Origin: Patescibacteria group bacterium
Lineage (GTDB): Bacteria > Patescibacteriota > Minisyncoccia > Phycocordibacterales > UBA918
DNA length: 64,000 nucleotides
Direction: 5' to 3'
Assembly (NCBI GenBank): GCA_038065355.1
Contig: JBBTRC010000005.1
Location: 30,530-94,529 of the forward strand
Shown here: one piece after another, positions 35,286-43,442 of the stretch
How the letters are laid out: each line of letters begins with the position of its first letter
Numbering within the stretch: position 1 is the stretch's first letter
Translations under genes and position numbers: made by a program
The notes under the pieces: model-generated
The model's database searches: none
What the model saw: the letters and a program-made list of their open reading frames with translations, nothing else
Told to the model about the DNA's origin: nothing

Positions 35286-36356
35286 TTAAGCGAACAAGGT
35301 AAGGAGAATAATGAGGAAAAACGCCGTCATAAAAAGCAGTGCGACCGTAAGAAAAAGCGTAGTCGGCGGTCCTGAACGGCGGCGGCGGTGAACTATTCTC
35401 GTGCTACCCTGCGTTAAATGAGCGAGTGTTCGGCTGATGTACATGCGTACAAAGATGAACGTCACGAGAAGCAGTACCGCGAGCACACCGAGAGCCGGAC
35501 CAATAATATGGAGGGGTAAAATCCAGAACGACACCGTGCTCGACATGGTCTTTTTGGCACCGACATCGCCATACGATGCGCTAAGGACAGCCTCATACCG
35601 GCCAAAACCGATGCTGTCGCCGGTCCATTGCGATGCGAATTCTTGTGACCGATGTGGAAACACCCCTCCTTGTGATTTGTTGAAATTTACAGTGTCAACT
35701 TTCTGCCCCAGCATGTTTTCAATTTCAATCAAGCCAATTGGTCGGACGAGTACGTTACCGACGTTTTCAATTTTTGCAGAAAAATCAACATTTTGCGAAC
35801 CGTAAAAGAATTTGTTGGTGGAAAACTGTCTAATACTTGCTTCTTCTACCACCTCGCCAGTGACGCGAATGCTGATGATATTGCCGACTTGGTAGCCGAC
35901 CGCCGCGCCGCTCTTTTCGATTTCTGGCGCATCCACAGAAATAAACACACTTCCAAAGTGACTGCCGGGGGACGCGTCTTCTGGTAGGTTGAGCTGAAAG
36001 GTAATTCTTTCACTGCCGCCGGCCGGAAGTGTAATAGACGAGACCGGCAACACGATCCAGTCGCTCAACTCCATTCCGGTCTCCTCTCCTTCGTCAGCAA
36101 ACACTGGCACACTACCGTCGCGAACGTCGGAAATGTTTCGGGTGAAGAGAAAGAAGGTTTGTTCGGAGTTGTTAAGGTTTTTTATGGTGACAGTGTGTTC
36201 TTCGTGTACTCCTGGATCCAGTGTCTCTTCAATCAGTGCCGGTTCGATGCTTACGCCAACCTGTTGAGCTGCAACCGACTGTGGCTGAAGAGTCCATACA
36301 AAAATAAAACAAAAAAAGACAAGCGTCGCTCGCCAACTAGAAAAATTTCCACTCAC
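35286..36356 (-). CDS. Tail-anchored cell-surface protein: signal peptide, beta-rich ectodomain, C-terminal TM segments with RRRRS basic stretch. Paralogous architecture to 5965..6924.
   Basis: 356-aa ORF. Signal FFCFIFVWTLQPQSVAA. C-terminal hydrophobic helices plus HRRRRSGPP. Confidence 0.65.
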   Translation of the reverse strand: MSGNFSSWRATLVFFCFIFVWTLQPQSVAAQQVGVSIEPALIEETLDPGVHEEHTVTIKNLNNSEQTFFLFTRNISDVRDGSVPVFADEGEETGMELSDWIVLPVSSITLPAGGSERITFQLNLPEDASPGSHFGSVFISVDAPEIEKSGAAVGYQVGNIISIRVTGEVVEEASIRQFSTNKFFYGSQNVDFSAKIENVGNVLVRPIGLIEIENMLGQKVDTVNFNKSQGGVFPHRSQEFASQWTGDSIGFGRYEAVLSASYGDVGAKKTMSSTVSFWILPLHIIGPALGVLAVLLLVTFIFVRMYISRTLAHLTQGSTRIVHRRRRSGPPTTLFLTVALLFMTAFFLIILLTLFA

Positions 36357-36433
36357 AGTGCCATAACATTAGGTATAACCCACCCATCATACCACCGCGC
36401 CTAAAAGCACTGTCGAGTTGTTCACGGTCCAGG

Positions 36434-36465
36434 TACACAAAAACCTCCCGAGGGAGGTGTTTGTG
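36434..36465 (-). terminator. Rho-independent terminator after the 36482..37636 gene: GC stem cctcc-cgag-ggagg extended with an A/U-rich stem, followed by a U-run on the minus strand.
   Basis: Inverted repeat 20-50 nt downstream of the stop codon at 36482. Confidence 0.5.
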
Positions 36466-36481
36466 CGTAGGAACTACTACG

Positions 36482-37636
36482 TTAGAAAGTTGGAGTGGCT
36501 ATGTAGGTGAGCGTGGTGTTGTAGTCGTCAGCTGCTTCTTGGAGGGCAGTGATTTCTATTTGATACAGCACGTCAGCTTGGCCTACGTTTTGCGTCGAGC
36601 CGTCGGCAGGTCCATTGTGGTGGAACACTTCTCGCGGTGTGGTTGAGGCGGCAATGAATTCATTGGCCCCAAATTCACCGGAGTAGAATCCGCCAACAGA
36701 GTTCAAGTCTCCATCGTTTGATGTGAGGCCCCAGTGACCCCAAGTGGTCTCGTCGTTGATGTTATTTGATGGGGAGTTCCAAGCAGTGCCCGTGTCTGAC
36801 ACATCGGAAGCTTCGTCAAAGTTGTCAATGATGGCGCCGTTTGAAGATTCAAGGTCGCCGTCAGATTCTATTGTCACTACGAAGCCGTTACGGGCATTGG
36901 TTGCGACATTGAGTCTTTGAGCGAGAGACTTGATCTGGTTGGCCGTAAGTACACCGAAGTCAATGAGGGTGGGTGAAGTTGAGCCGGTGGTTGAAGTACC
37001 GTTAACTGCGGTTGTAGTAGCAAGACCAGTAATAGTGAAGTCGAAGGTGGTATTGACGACCGCCGTGACCAGCACGTTATCGATTATTGCAATTCGAGTG
37101 CGACCCGTGTCTGAAGTCCCCGCGGTGATTACAAGTTCGTATGATCCAGCCACTGGATTTGTAAGCTCGGCGTTGCCGGCTACTTGCGAAGTTGCATTAA
37201 GACCGATTTCAATGGTAGTGGTGCCGTTGGCCGGGATTGAACCACCATCTCCAGCACAAAACGTAATAGTGAGAGTGGTACCGGAGAAGGCTGCGCTGGC
37301 ATCTTCAGCACCGGTGCAGTCAGCTGCCAGAGTGAAGTCTGAAGTGGTGGCAACGTCGATATCAGTGTGATCGACAGTACCGACCACAAACGGACCGTCT
37401 GAAAAGTCGACAGTAATCGTTTCACCGTTTGCGACACCAGTTGGGGTTGTAAACACAATGGTGTGATCTGAAGCAACGCTCACATCTGAGTCAGTGAGGG
37501 TGTCACTGACTTGTACTAAGTTAGCTGCTTGAGCAGTGTTGAGGTACACTCCGGCAGAGAAGAGTACCACTGCGCAGGCAACAAGTGTCGCGACCACCCG
37601 TTGCGAAATGCCAACGTGAGTTGGATTTGCGGACAT
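36482..37636 (-). CDS. Secreted Thr/Gly/Ser-rich beta-rich protein, 384 aa. Close paralog of 3399..4556.
   Basis: Signal peptide ending AQA. Long near-identical block with 3399..4556. Same C-terminal ...NTTLTYIATPTF. Own terminator and a ~300-nt AT-rich upstream region. Confidence 0.7.
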   Translation of the reverse strand: MSANPTHVGISQRVVATLVACAVVLFSAGVYLNTAQAANLVQVSDTLTDSDVSVASDHTIVFTTPTGVANGETITVDFSDGPFVVGTVDHTDIDVATTSDFTLAADCTGAEDASAAFSGTTLTITFCAGDGGSIPANGTTTIEIGLNATSQVAGNAELTNPVAGSYELVITAGTSDTGRTRIAIIDNVLVTAVVNTTFDFTITGLATTTAVNGTSTTGSTSPTLIDFGVLTANQIKSLAQRLNVATNARNGFVVTIESDGDLESSNGAIIDNFDEASDVSDTGTAWNSPSNNINDETTWGHWGLTSNDGDLNSVGGFYSGEFGANEFIAASTTPREVFHHNGPADGSTQNVGQADVLYQIEITALQEAADDYNTTLTYIATPTF

Positions 37637-37933
37637 GTTTTATTGATTATTGAATAAATAACTAATTGCTTCTGCGCGACAACTTGCGAAGCAGCTCGAT
37701 TGACGGTGGAGATATGAGAGCTTTTTTATGAAAAGATTCAGCCTGAAAAAAGTTCTTATATGTCGTCAATCGATCTTCCTTTATTTTACTTTGTCTTTAA
37801 AGTGCTGTCCTTAGTAGTGCTGTTGATAACCTTTTATCCGTGACTTTTGTTCCTTTTAAAAATCGTTTATTTATGGCCCAGCTACACTTTTTCGAAGACA
37901 CACTTGATATAAGACTTATGGTACACGTGTCTA

Positions 37934-39178
37934 TTAGTTAGCAGACACACGCGGGAGTTGTGACCAATTAGTAGTGTATGCCGGCGAACGAGTATCGGAG
38001 CGACTGTGCCACTCGCTCATTTTTAAATGATTGCCCATGGTGATAAGCGGCTTGCCAGCTTCTTTATTGAGTTTATCAATTACCACATCAAGCTCGGTCG
38101 TAGTAGCCGCTAGGTCAGTAAATAAGGGTTGTTGGTCAAAAGATTGAGGGACGAAGTGCGAAAAGAATACACCAGCTTTTTTGTAGGGAACGTTCGGTTG
38201 GAAATTTTTTTTGAGTAATTCATGTGTCACTTGTAGCAGTTCTTTCGTTTCGTTAGTGGGCACCTCGAGGTATTTCTCACCTGAAATACCCTGCAAAACA
38301 TAGTCGCTATAGCGGCTAGGCTGTACCGATACGCGCAGATGGCCCGCTCGCATGCACATAGCTCGTAGCTCTTCGGCGGCCTGACGAACATGATACGCCA
38401 CCGCATCAGCCACCACCTCATAGTTGGTCGTTGTCGCCTGGAATGAACGTGAGCTCATAAGGCTTTTTTGCGGTGTATGGATAACTGTCTCGTGGAGATT
38501 CACGGTTCCCAAAAGTTCAGCTCGTAGCCGCACGCCAAACACGCCGAATACCTGTTCGAGTTGGGCGGGATCAATGGCTAGAAAGTCTGCCGCTGTGTGC
38601 AGTCCAAGTTTTTGAAAAACCACCGTTGTCTGTCGGCCCACGCCCCAAAGATCCCGAAGCAACGTGCGAGCGCGTTCCTCTTCCCATCCTGCGTCGGTAA
38701 ACCACGTAACGCCGGTCGTTCGTTTTGCCACGCCATTTGCTAGTTTAGCCAGTGTCTTTGATCGTCCAACTCCAATTGACACCGGGATTCCAACCACCTG
38801 CTCTACTTTGTCCTTTATAGAGGAGGCGAACTGCATTACCTCGTCACTGTCGTTTATTAGAAAGAAGGCTTCGTCAACAGAATATTGTTCTACGGTATCT
38901 AACTTATCTTTCATTACCGTGAATACACGTTGTGAAATATCGCGATACAAAGCGAAATGTGAGGAAAATACTACTACGCTGTTGTCCTTTATTGTGTCTT
39001 TTACCTTGAAATAAGGGACACCCATCGGTATTCCCATGTCCTTTACTTCTTGAGAACGTGCCACCACACACCCGTCGTTAGACGATAGTACAATAACCGG
39101 CTTATCGTGAAGGTCAGGACGAAACAACCGCTCGCACGAGACAAAAAAATTATTGCAGTCCAGTACGCCAACGTATGT
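37934..39178 (-). CDS. umuC: Y-family translesion DNA polymerase, UmuC-like.
   Basis: N-terminus MTYVGVLDCNNFFVSCERLFRPDLHDKPVIVLSSNDGCVVARSQEVKDMGIPMGVPYFK closely matches the UmuC/DinB/ImpB family N-terminal signature. ORF in the track begins 6 codons earlier at 39196. Confidence 0.8.
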   Translation of the reverse strand, partial: TYVGVLDCNNFFVSCERLFRPDLHDKPVIVLSSNDGCVVARSQEVKDMGIPMGVPYFKVKDTIKDNSVVVFSSHFALYRDISQRVFTVMKDKLDTVEQYSVDEAFFLINDSDEVMQFASSIKDKVEQVVGIPVSIGVGRSKTLAKLANGVAKRTTGVTWFTDAGWEEERARTLLRDLWGVGRQTTVVFQKLGLHTAADFLAIDPAQLEQVFGVFGVRLRAELLGTVNLHETVIHTPQKSLMSSRSFQATTTNYEVVADAVAYHVRQAAEELRAMCMRAGHLRVSVQPSRYSDYVLQGISGEKYLEVPTNETKELLQVTHELLKKNFQPNVPYKKAGVFFSHFVPQSFDQQPLFTDLAATTTELDVVIDKLNKEAGKPLITMGNHLKMSEWHSRSDTRSPAYTTNWSQLPRVSAN

Positions 39179-39294
39179 CATGATCAAGTATATCATTTTA
39201 CTACTTTATTGCTTTTTATAGTTTTTGTGATATAGTACTAACGTCTGAGCGCTCTCCATTGTGGAGGCAGGATAGACATACGAAGGAGATGACA

Positions 39295-39864
39295 ATGGGT
39301 AGAATGACCGGCCGCGACATGGTTCGCGCGATGGGTGCGGGTATGGCGCTTCTTGATCTTCTTGAAAAGGAAATTACCAGCCAGAGCGGCGACTCAATAA
39401 TCCTTGCCTGGCTTACAAAATCACGTTTCAGAAAAAATCTGAAGAAGATAGTTTCAACCATGATTGAGTGTGATTGGAGGATTCGAGCTTCAGAGATGCG
39501 CCGACTGGCCGAAAAAAGCGCCCGGCTGAACTTCGCCAACTCGTCGCAAGCCGATCTTGAGTACTTTCGCCATTTCTATTGGGTTCCGGTTTTGATCGAC
39601 CTCGGCATTCCGTTTAAACGCTTTGACGGGCCGGCCGGCGATGAAGGTGACCCGAGACTGCCAAAAATGCTTGAAGCGCAGCTACGAGAAACGACGGCGA
39701 CACACCCCATCAGACTGACCTACCGTGGGAAAACCTATGTTGTGGTCAATTTTGATTACAATTACAGGAGTACTGGTTACCTGCAAGCTGGTGAACTAAT
39801 CGATGTTTCAGAAATAGTGCACATCTCCCTCGCTGAAGCCAGTTACTTTGACTTCGACAACTGA
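39295..39864 (+). CDS. Hypothetical protein, 190 aa, divergently oriented from umuC.
   Basis: Start MGRMTG chosen 7 nt after an AAGGAG Shine-Dalgarno. No recognisable motifs. Followed by a strong terminator. Confidence 0.5.
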   Translation: MGRMTGRDMVRAMGAGMALLDLLEKEITSQSGDSIILAWLTKSRFRKNLKKIVSTMIECDWRIRASEMRRLAEKSARLNFANSSQADLEYFRHFYWVPVLIDLGIPFKRFDGPAGDEGDPRLPKMLEAQLRETTATHPIRLTYRGKTYVVVNFDYNYRSTGYLQAGELIDVSEIVHISLAEASYFDFDN

Positions 39865-39893
39865 TCTTTCGGGCTTTTGCTCACAAAATAATT

Positions 39894-39925
39894 GCCGCCG
39901 ACGGTTCCCGTCGGCGGCATTTTTT
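39894..39925. terminator. Bidirectional rho-independent terminator (gccgccgacgg-ttcc-cgtcggcggc, flanked by A-run and T-run) between convergent genes.
   Basis: Perfect GC-rich inverted repeat followed by attttttaaa. Confidence 0.6.
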
Positions 39926-39951
39926 AAAGGGTTAATGCATTTTTGATTTCG

Positions 39952-41169
39952 TCAAAACAAATCCCAAAGTTCTTCGTCTTCCTCGCCGTCAATTTTAAAG
40001 ATAGCAGTGCCGCGCAGGTTATACTTGTCAACCAATTCTACTTTATCTGCAATCGCCGCCGCGTCACTCCACGTCACAAAGCGCACTGGTAGTTCAATCT
40101 CGGCGACAGTCGCCACAAGAAGCGCTTTGGCGGCAGCCTCATAGCCAAGCGGGGTACCGGTTGGCGTTGGCAACTGGTTAAAGATTTTCCATACTGAATC
40201 TTCCGGAAAATAACTTACCACTGCTTCGCCGCCCGCCGTCCGCCCAATTGGCACGCCATACTTCTGCACGATATTTAACACATCTTCATGGTTGAGAGTC
40301 GCGACCGGCGTGTAGTCACGATACCATTCTTTGGCCACAGTGATGTCCCAGGCGCGGCCATACGTCGGCACACCCAACATGACTTTATCATTATCAAAAT
40401 CTTCTAGTGCGAGATCTAAAACCTTCTCCACCCACTCGACATCCGCCACCGGCATGTACGGCACGCCCTTCCGCTCGTCATTGAGCTTCAGGTCGGCACG
40501 TTGCTGGTCGTACGCCATAATCTCAATCCAGTCACAATGACGATTGATGGCTCGGTAGTCATTTGAGTACTCGATTCTTTTTGGCACGTCGCGCCAGAGA
40601 GATTCGGGTGGGGTTCTGGCTTCGACGGTACAAGTAAGCACCGTCTTGCGCGGCAACGCATCGGCAAGCTCTTCCAAAAAGAGCGAGTAGTCGTCAATGG
40701 TTTCGGCCAAACGTGATTCGTAGTCAATGTTGATACCGTCAAAGTCGTTATTTTTGACTAAACGGACAATATCACGAATGTGGTCGTCTCTTTTCTCGTC
40801 ATCATGGAGCACTTCATGTATCGCATCGCCATCAAACCAAGAAATGGTGGGAATTACCTTTACATCCTCATCTCTGGCCTCATTCAATAAACGGCGCCAG
40901 TGCCGGTCACGCAAGTCGACTTTATTTACAATGTCCGCATCCGTCGATACTTCGTAGACAAACGGATACAAAATATCTAGTTCATCTATGTGTTTAAGGG
41001 CGCTTTTGGCACCGGATTCTTCGGCAAACCAAGGCACCCACGCCGCCACCTCGGCGGCGTGGGTTGTTCCGGGCACATTTGCCGACAAGAAGAGTATCAC
41101 CGCGATAGTTGATCGCACTAACAAAGCGTTATTGAACCTCATATTTGTAGTGACGCTGTACTCCCCCAT
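39952..41169 (-). CDS. Secreted glycoside hydrolase family 18-like protein (chitinase / peptidoglycan-hydrolase-like TIM barrel).
   Basis: Signal peptide. Catalytic-site-like motif NNDFDGINIDYE (the GH18 DxxDxDxE pattern). Confidence 0.6.
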   Translation of the reverse strand: MGEYSVTTNMRFNNALLVRSTIAVILFLSANVPGTTHAAEVAAWVPWFAEESGAKSALKHIDELDILYPFVYEVSTDADIVNKVDLRDRHWRRLLNEARDEDVKVIPTISWFDGDAIHEVLHDDEKRDDHIRDIVRLVKNNDFDGINIDYESRLAETIDDYSLFLEELADALPRKTVLTCTVEARTPPESLWRDVPKRIEYSNDYRAINRHCDWIEIMAYDQQRADLKLNDERKGVPYMPVADVEWVEKVLDLALEDFDNDKVMLGVPTYGRAWDITVAKEWYRDYTPVATLNHEDVLNIVQKYGVPIGRTAGGEAVVSYFPEDSVWKIFNQLPTPTGTPLGYEAAAKALLVATVAEIELPVRFVTWSDAAAIADKVELVDKYNLRGTAIFKIDGEEDEELWDLF

Positions 41170-41172
41170 ATC

Positions 41173-41637
41173 TTACGAAAATATCCGAACACTACCGGTC
41201 ACCACGCCCCAAATAAACACATCGTCAGCGTCGGCCACCATGATTGGCTTGTACCCAGCTTTGGCTGACACCAATGCCATGCTTCCTTCGTGTTTGAGGA
41301 GACGCTTTACCACTAATTCACCGTACACAGCCGCCACCACGATCTTGCCAATCGCAGGGTTAATCGATCGGTCAACAATCAAAATATCTCCGTCAAAAAT
41401 ACCGGCTTCTTCCATCGAATCGCCCGCGACACGAACAAAAAACGTAGCGGCCGGATTATCTATCAGCAGATCATTCAAATCAAGCGGTCGCTCGACAAGG
41501 TCATCGCCCGGAGTGGGAAAGCCGGCCGAGGGCCTGGTGGCGTACAGTGGAATGTTAGAAAAAGGCCCGTCTTTAGTTAATTTTTTTTCTGCGAGTGGCA
41601 GGGAAGTCGCACGTTTTTTCACTTCTGTAGTGTACAA
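41173..41637 (-). CDS. umuD: UmuD-like S24 peptidase: LexA/UmuD C-terminal self-cleaving domain with no N-terminal HTH.
   Basis: 154-aa ORF with Ser-Lys dyad context: VAGDSMEEAGIFDGDILIVDRS and GELVVKRL. Confidence 0.75.
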   Translation of the reverse strand: MYTTEVKKRATSLPLAEKKLTKDGPFSNIPLYATRPSAGFPTPGDDLVERPLDLNDLLIDNPAATFFVRVAGDSMEEAGIFDGDILIVDRSINPAIGKIVVAAVYGELVVKRLLKHEGSMALVSAKAGYKPIMVADADDVFIWGVVTGSVRIFS

Positions 41638-41654
41638 AGAAACGGTGATTCAAG

Positions 41655-42731
41655 CTAGATGACAACCGCGCCGCCGGTGAGGAGTGAGTGGATAAACCAA
41701 AGCCCACCCATACCAAAAATAAGCAAGACGCCGTAGGCCGCCTGCGTAAAATGTAAACGTCGTGTTTCAACCGCCACCGAAATAACGAGTAGCAAGAACA
41801 CCAGGAGCGCTAGTCCCACATATATGCGCTGGAGTAATTTGTTTGGCTGTGTGGCAATGCCAGCTTTTGGCTTTGAGATTTCAGTGGGAGCCTCTTCTAC
41901 TACCGTCGCGACCGCCAGTCCAGAAGACGTAGCCATGAGTGCGGTTTCAACTACGATCACATCCAGAGTATCGGCTACTTCTTCACTGGCTTCGGCGGCT
42001 AAGACCGGCTCCGTGCTTGTGCTCTTAGGCTCAGTCACCGCAACGCTTTCTCCAAACGGCTCACTGTCGATGCCAGCTACGACCTCTGGCGCGGCTTCCG
42101 TTTCCGTATATACGACAGTGAGCGGTAACACTTCTGTCGGAGTAACACGAGGAGCGGTGGAAACAGCGACTGCTTCCGATACTGCTGGCAAAACGGCCGG
42201 CGTGCCAAATAGCTGTACGACGTACACCGTATCGTACCCGTCGAAGACGCCTTTGGCGGTGCCAACTCCGATTTCGGTGAATTGGCTGTTGACAATGTTT
42301 TCGCGGTGCTTTGGTGAATCCATCCACGCTTCAACGACTTCCGACGAGTCGGTAAAATGAATAGCGAGATTTTCGCCGGCATGCGCGTAGACATATCCTG
42401 CCTCATCAAACCAATGCCAAGGCGATACACCAGCTGGGCTGTAGTGCGCAAAGTATTGATGCTCTGCCATATCTTGCGCTTTTAAACGAGCGGCCTCATC
42501 TAAGACTGAATTGCGGTGCAATGGCCCCGCATGCTCGGCACTACGTTCTTCATTCGTGAGCTCAACAATGACCGCCGGTAGTACGGTCGAAACCAACCAG
42601 CGCGAAGACTGCCAGAGCTTGGCGTGAAGGTTCGCCGCCACAAACGTGAGTAGAATTAACGACACCATCAAAACCAGCGATACGCGCTGTAATGGATCGA
42701 GCGTGGTGTTTCGAAATCGAAACCATCTCAT
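41655..42731 (-). CDS. Membrane-anchored CAP/SCP (YkwD-like) domain protein with a low-complexity Ala/Thr/Glu/Val region and a C-terminal TM.
   Basis: CAP domain motifs LTNEERSAEHAGPLHRNSVLDEAARLKAQDMAEHQYFAHYSP...GENLA...WMDSPKHRENIVNSQFTEIGVG. Confidence 0.7.
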   Translation of the reverse strand: MRWFRFRNTTLDPLQRVSLVLMVSLILLTFVAANLHAKLWQSSRWLVSTVLPAVIVELTNEERSAEHAGPLHRNSVLDEAARLKAQDMAEHQYFAHYSPAGVSPWHWFDEAGYVYAHAGENLAIHFTDSSEVVEAWMDSPKHRENIVNSQFTEIGVGTAKGVFDGYDTVYVVQLFGTPAVLPAVSEAVAVSTAPRVTPTEVLPLTVVYTETEAAPEVVAGIDSEPFGESVAVTEPKSTSTEPVLAAEASEEVADTLDVIVVETALMATSSGLAVATVVEEAPTEISKPKAGIATQPNKLLQRIYVGLALLVFLLLVISVAVETRRLHFTQAAYGVLLIFGMGGLWFIHSLLTGGAVVI

Positions 42732-42803
42732 ATGATATATTTTATAATGTAATTGATATTTGTCAACATTAGCGAGGGGAATGTGTTCGGCGAGACCTCC
42801 CCC

Positions 42804-43442
42804 TTACTCCCCTGCCACAAGACGAGCGTAGACGACTCGATTGTGGCTGTAGCGGTCAGCGCTCCGGCTATATTGGCCGGAGCAAGTAATCAGGCGCAGG
42901 CCCGCATACTCAATATCACCATACACTTCAGCAGTCGGAAATGCCGACTGTGGATATACTTCTGACTTTTCTACCACAAACCGCGCTTCCCGACCGCCGC
43001 TTAATGTAATGAAAACTTCGTCACCCTCGGTCAGCTGACCAAGCGAGTAGAATACGGCCGGACCTCGATACGAATCCACGTGTCCCAGCACCACCGCCGG
43101 GCCGATGCTTCCCGGCACCGGACCATGCTGATACCAACCAACTGTGTCGAACATTTTTGGTACTTCAATTTCACCGTTGCTTCTAAGTCCGAGTGGTTCT
43201 TCAAACGCCGCCTCGACGCTAATTTTTGGAATACGAAGGCTGACTGGGAAAAGGTTCGGGTCAGTTTGGAGAGATGTGACCGTGCTACTAGCCGCAACCG
43301 GCAGTGGCGCCGGCACCGAGTTGGTTCCCCGCGGCCAAAAGTTGGCAATGAGAACCAGAGTCCCCATGACGGCAAAAACCACTCCGAGTTTGAAGTGGTC
43401 TTTGCGTAGATTTTTTGTAATGGTTTCTGCGAGATTAGGCAT
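42804..43442 (-). CDS. Sortase-family transpeptidase.
   Basis: 212-aa ORF. N-terminal TM. His-containing VVLGHVD and active-site LRLITCSG (TLxTC motif) with downstream Arg. Overlaps the upstream adhesin gene by 8 nt. Confidence 0.8.
   Translation of the reverse strand: MPNLAETITKNLRKDHFKLGVVFAVMGTLVLIANFWPRGTNSVPAPLPVAASSTVTSLQTDPNLFPVSLRIPKISVEAAFEEPLGLRSNGEIEVPKMFDTVGWYQHGPVPGSIGPAVVLGHVDSYRGPAVFYSLGQLTEGDEVFITLSGGREARFVVEKSEVYPQSAFPTAEVYGDIEYAGLRLITCSGQYSRSADRYSHNRVVYARLVAGE

Noticed and set aside
39216-39539. 107-aa minus-strand ORF.
   Set aside because: It overlaps the plus-strand ORF 39295..39864, which has a good Shine-Dalgarno and a terminator. It has no RBS of its own.
41824-42360. 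178-aa plus-strand ORF rich in Ser/Thr/Ala/Val.
   Set aside because: Antisense to the low-complexity Ala/Thr/Glu/Val linker of the CAP-domain protein gene.
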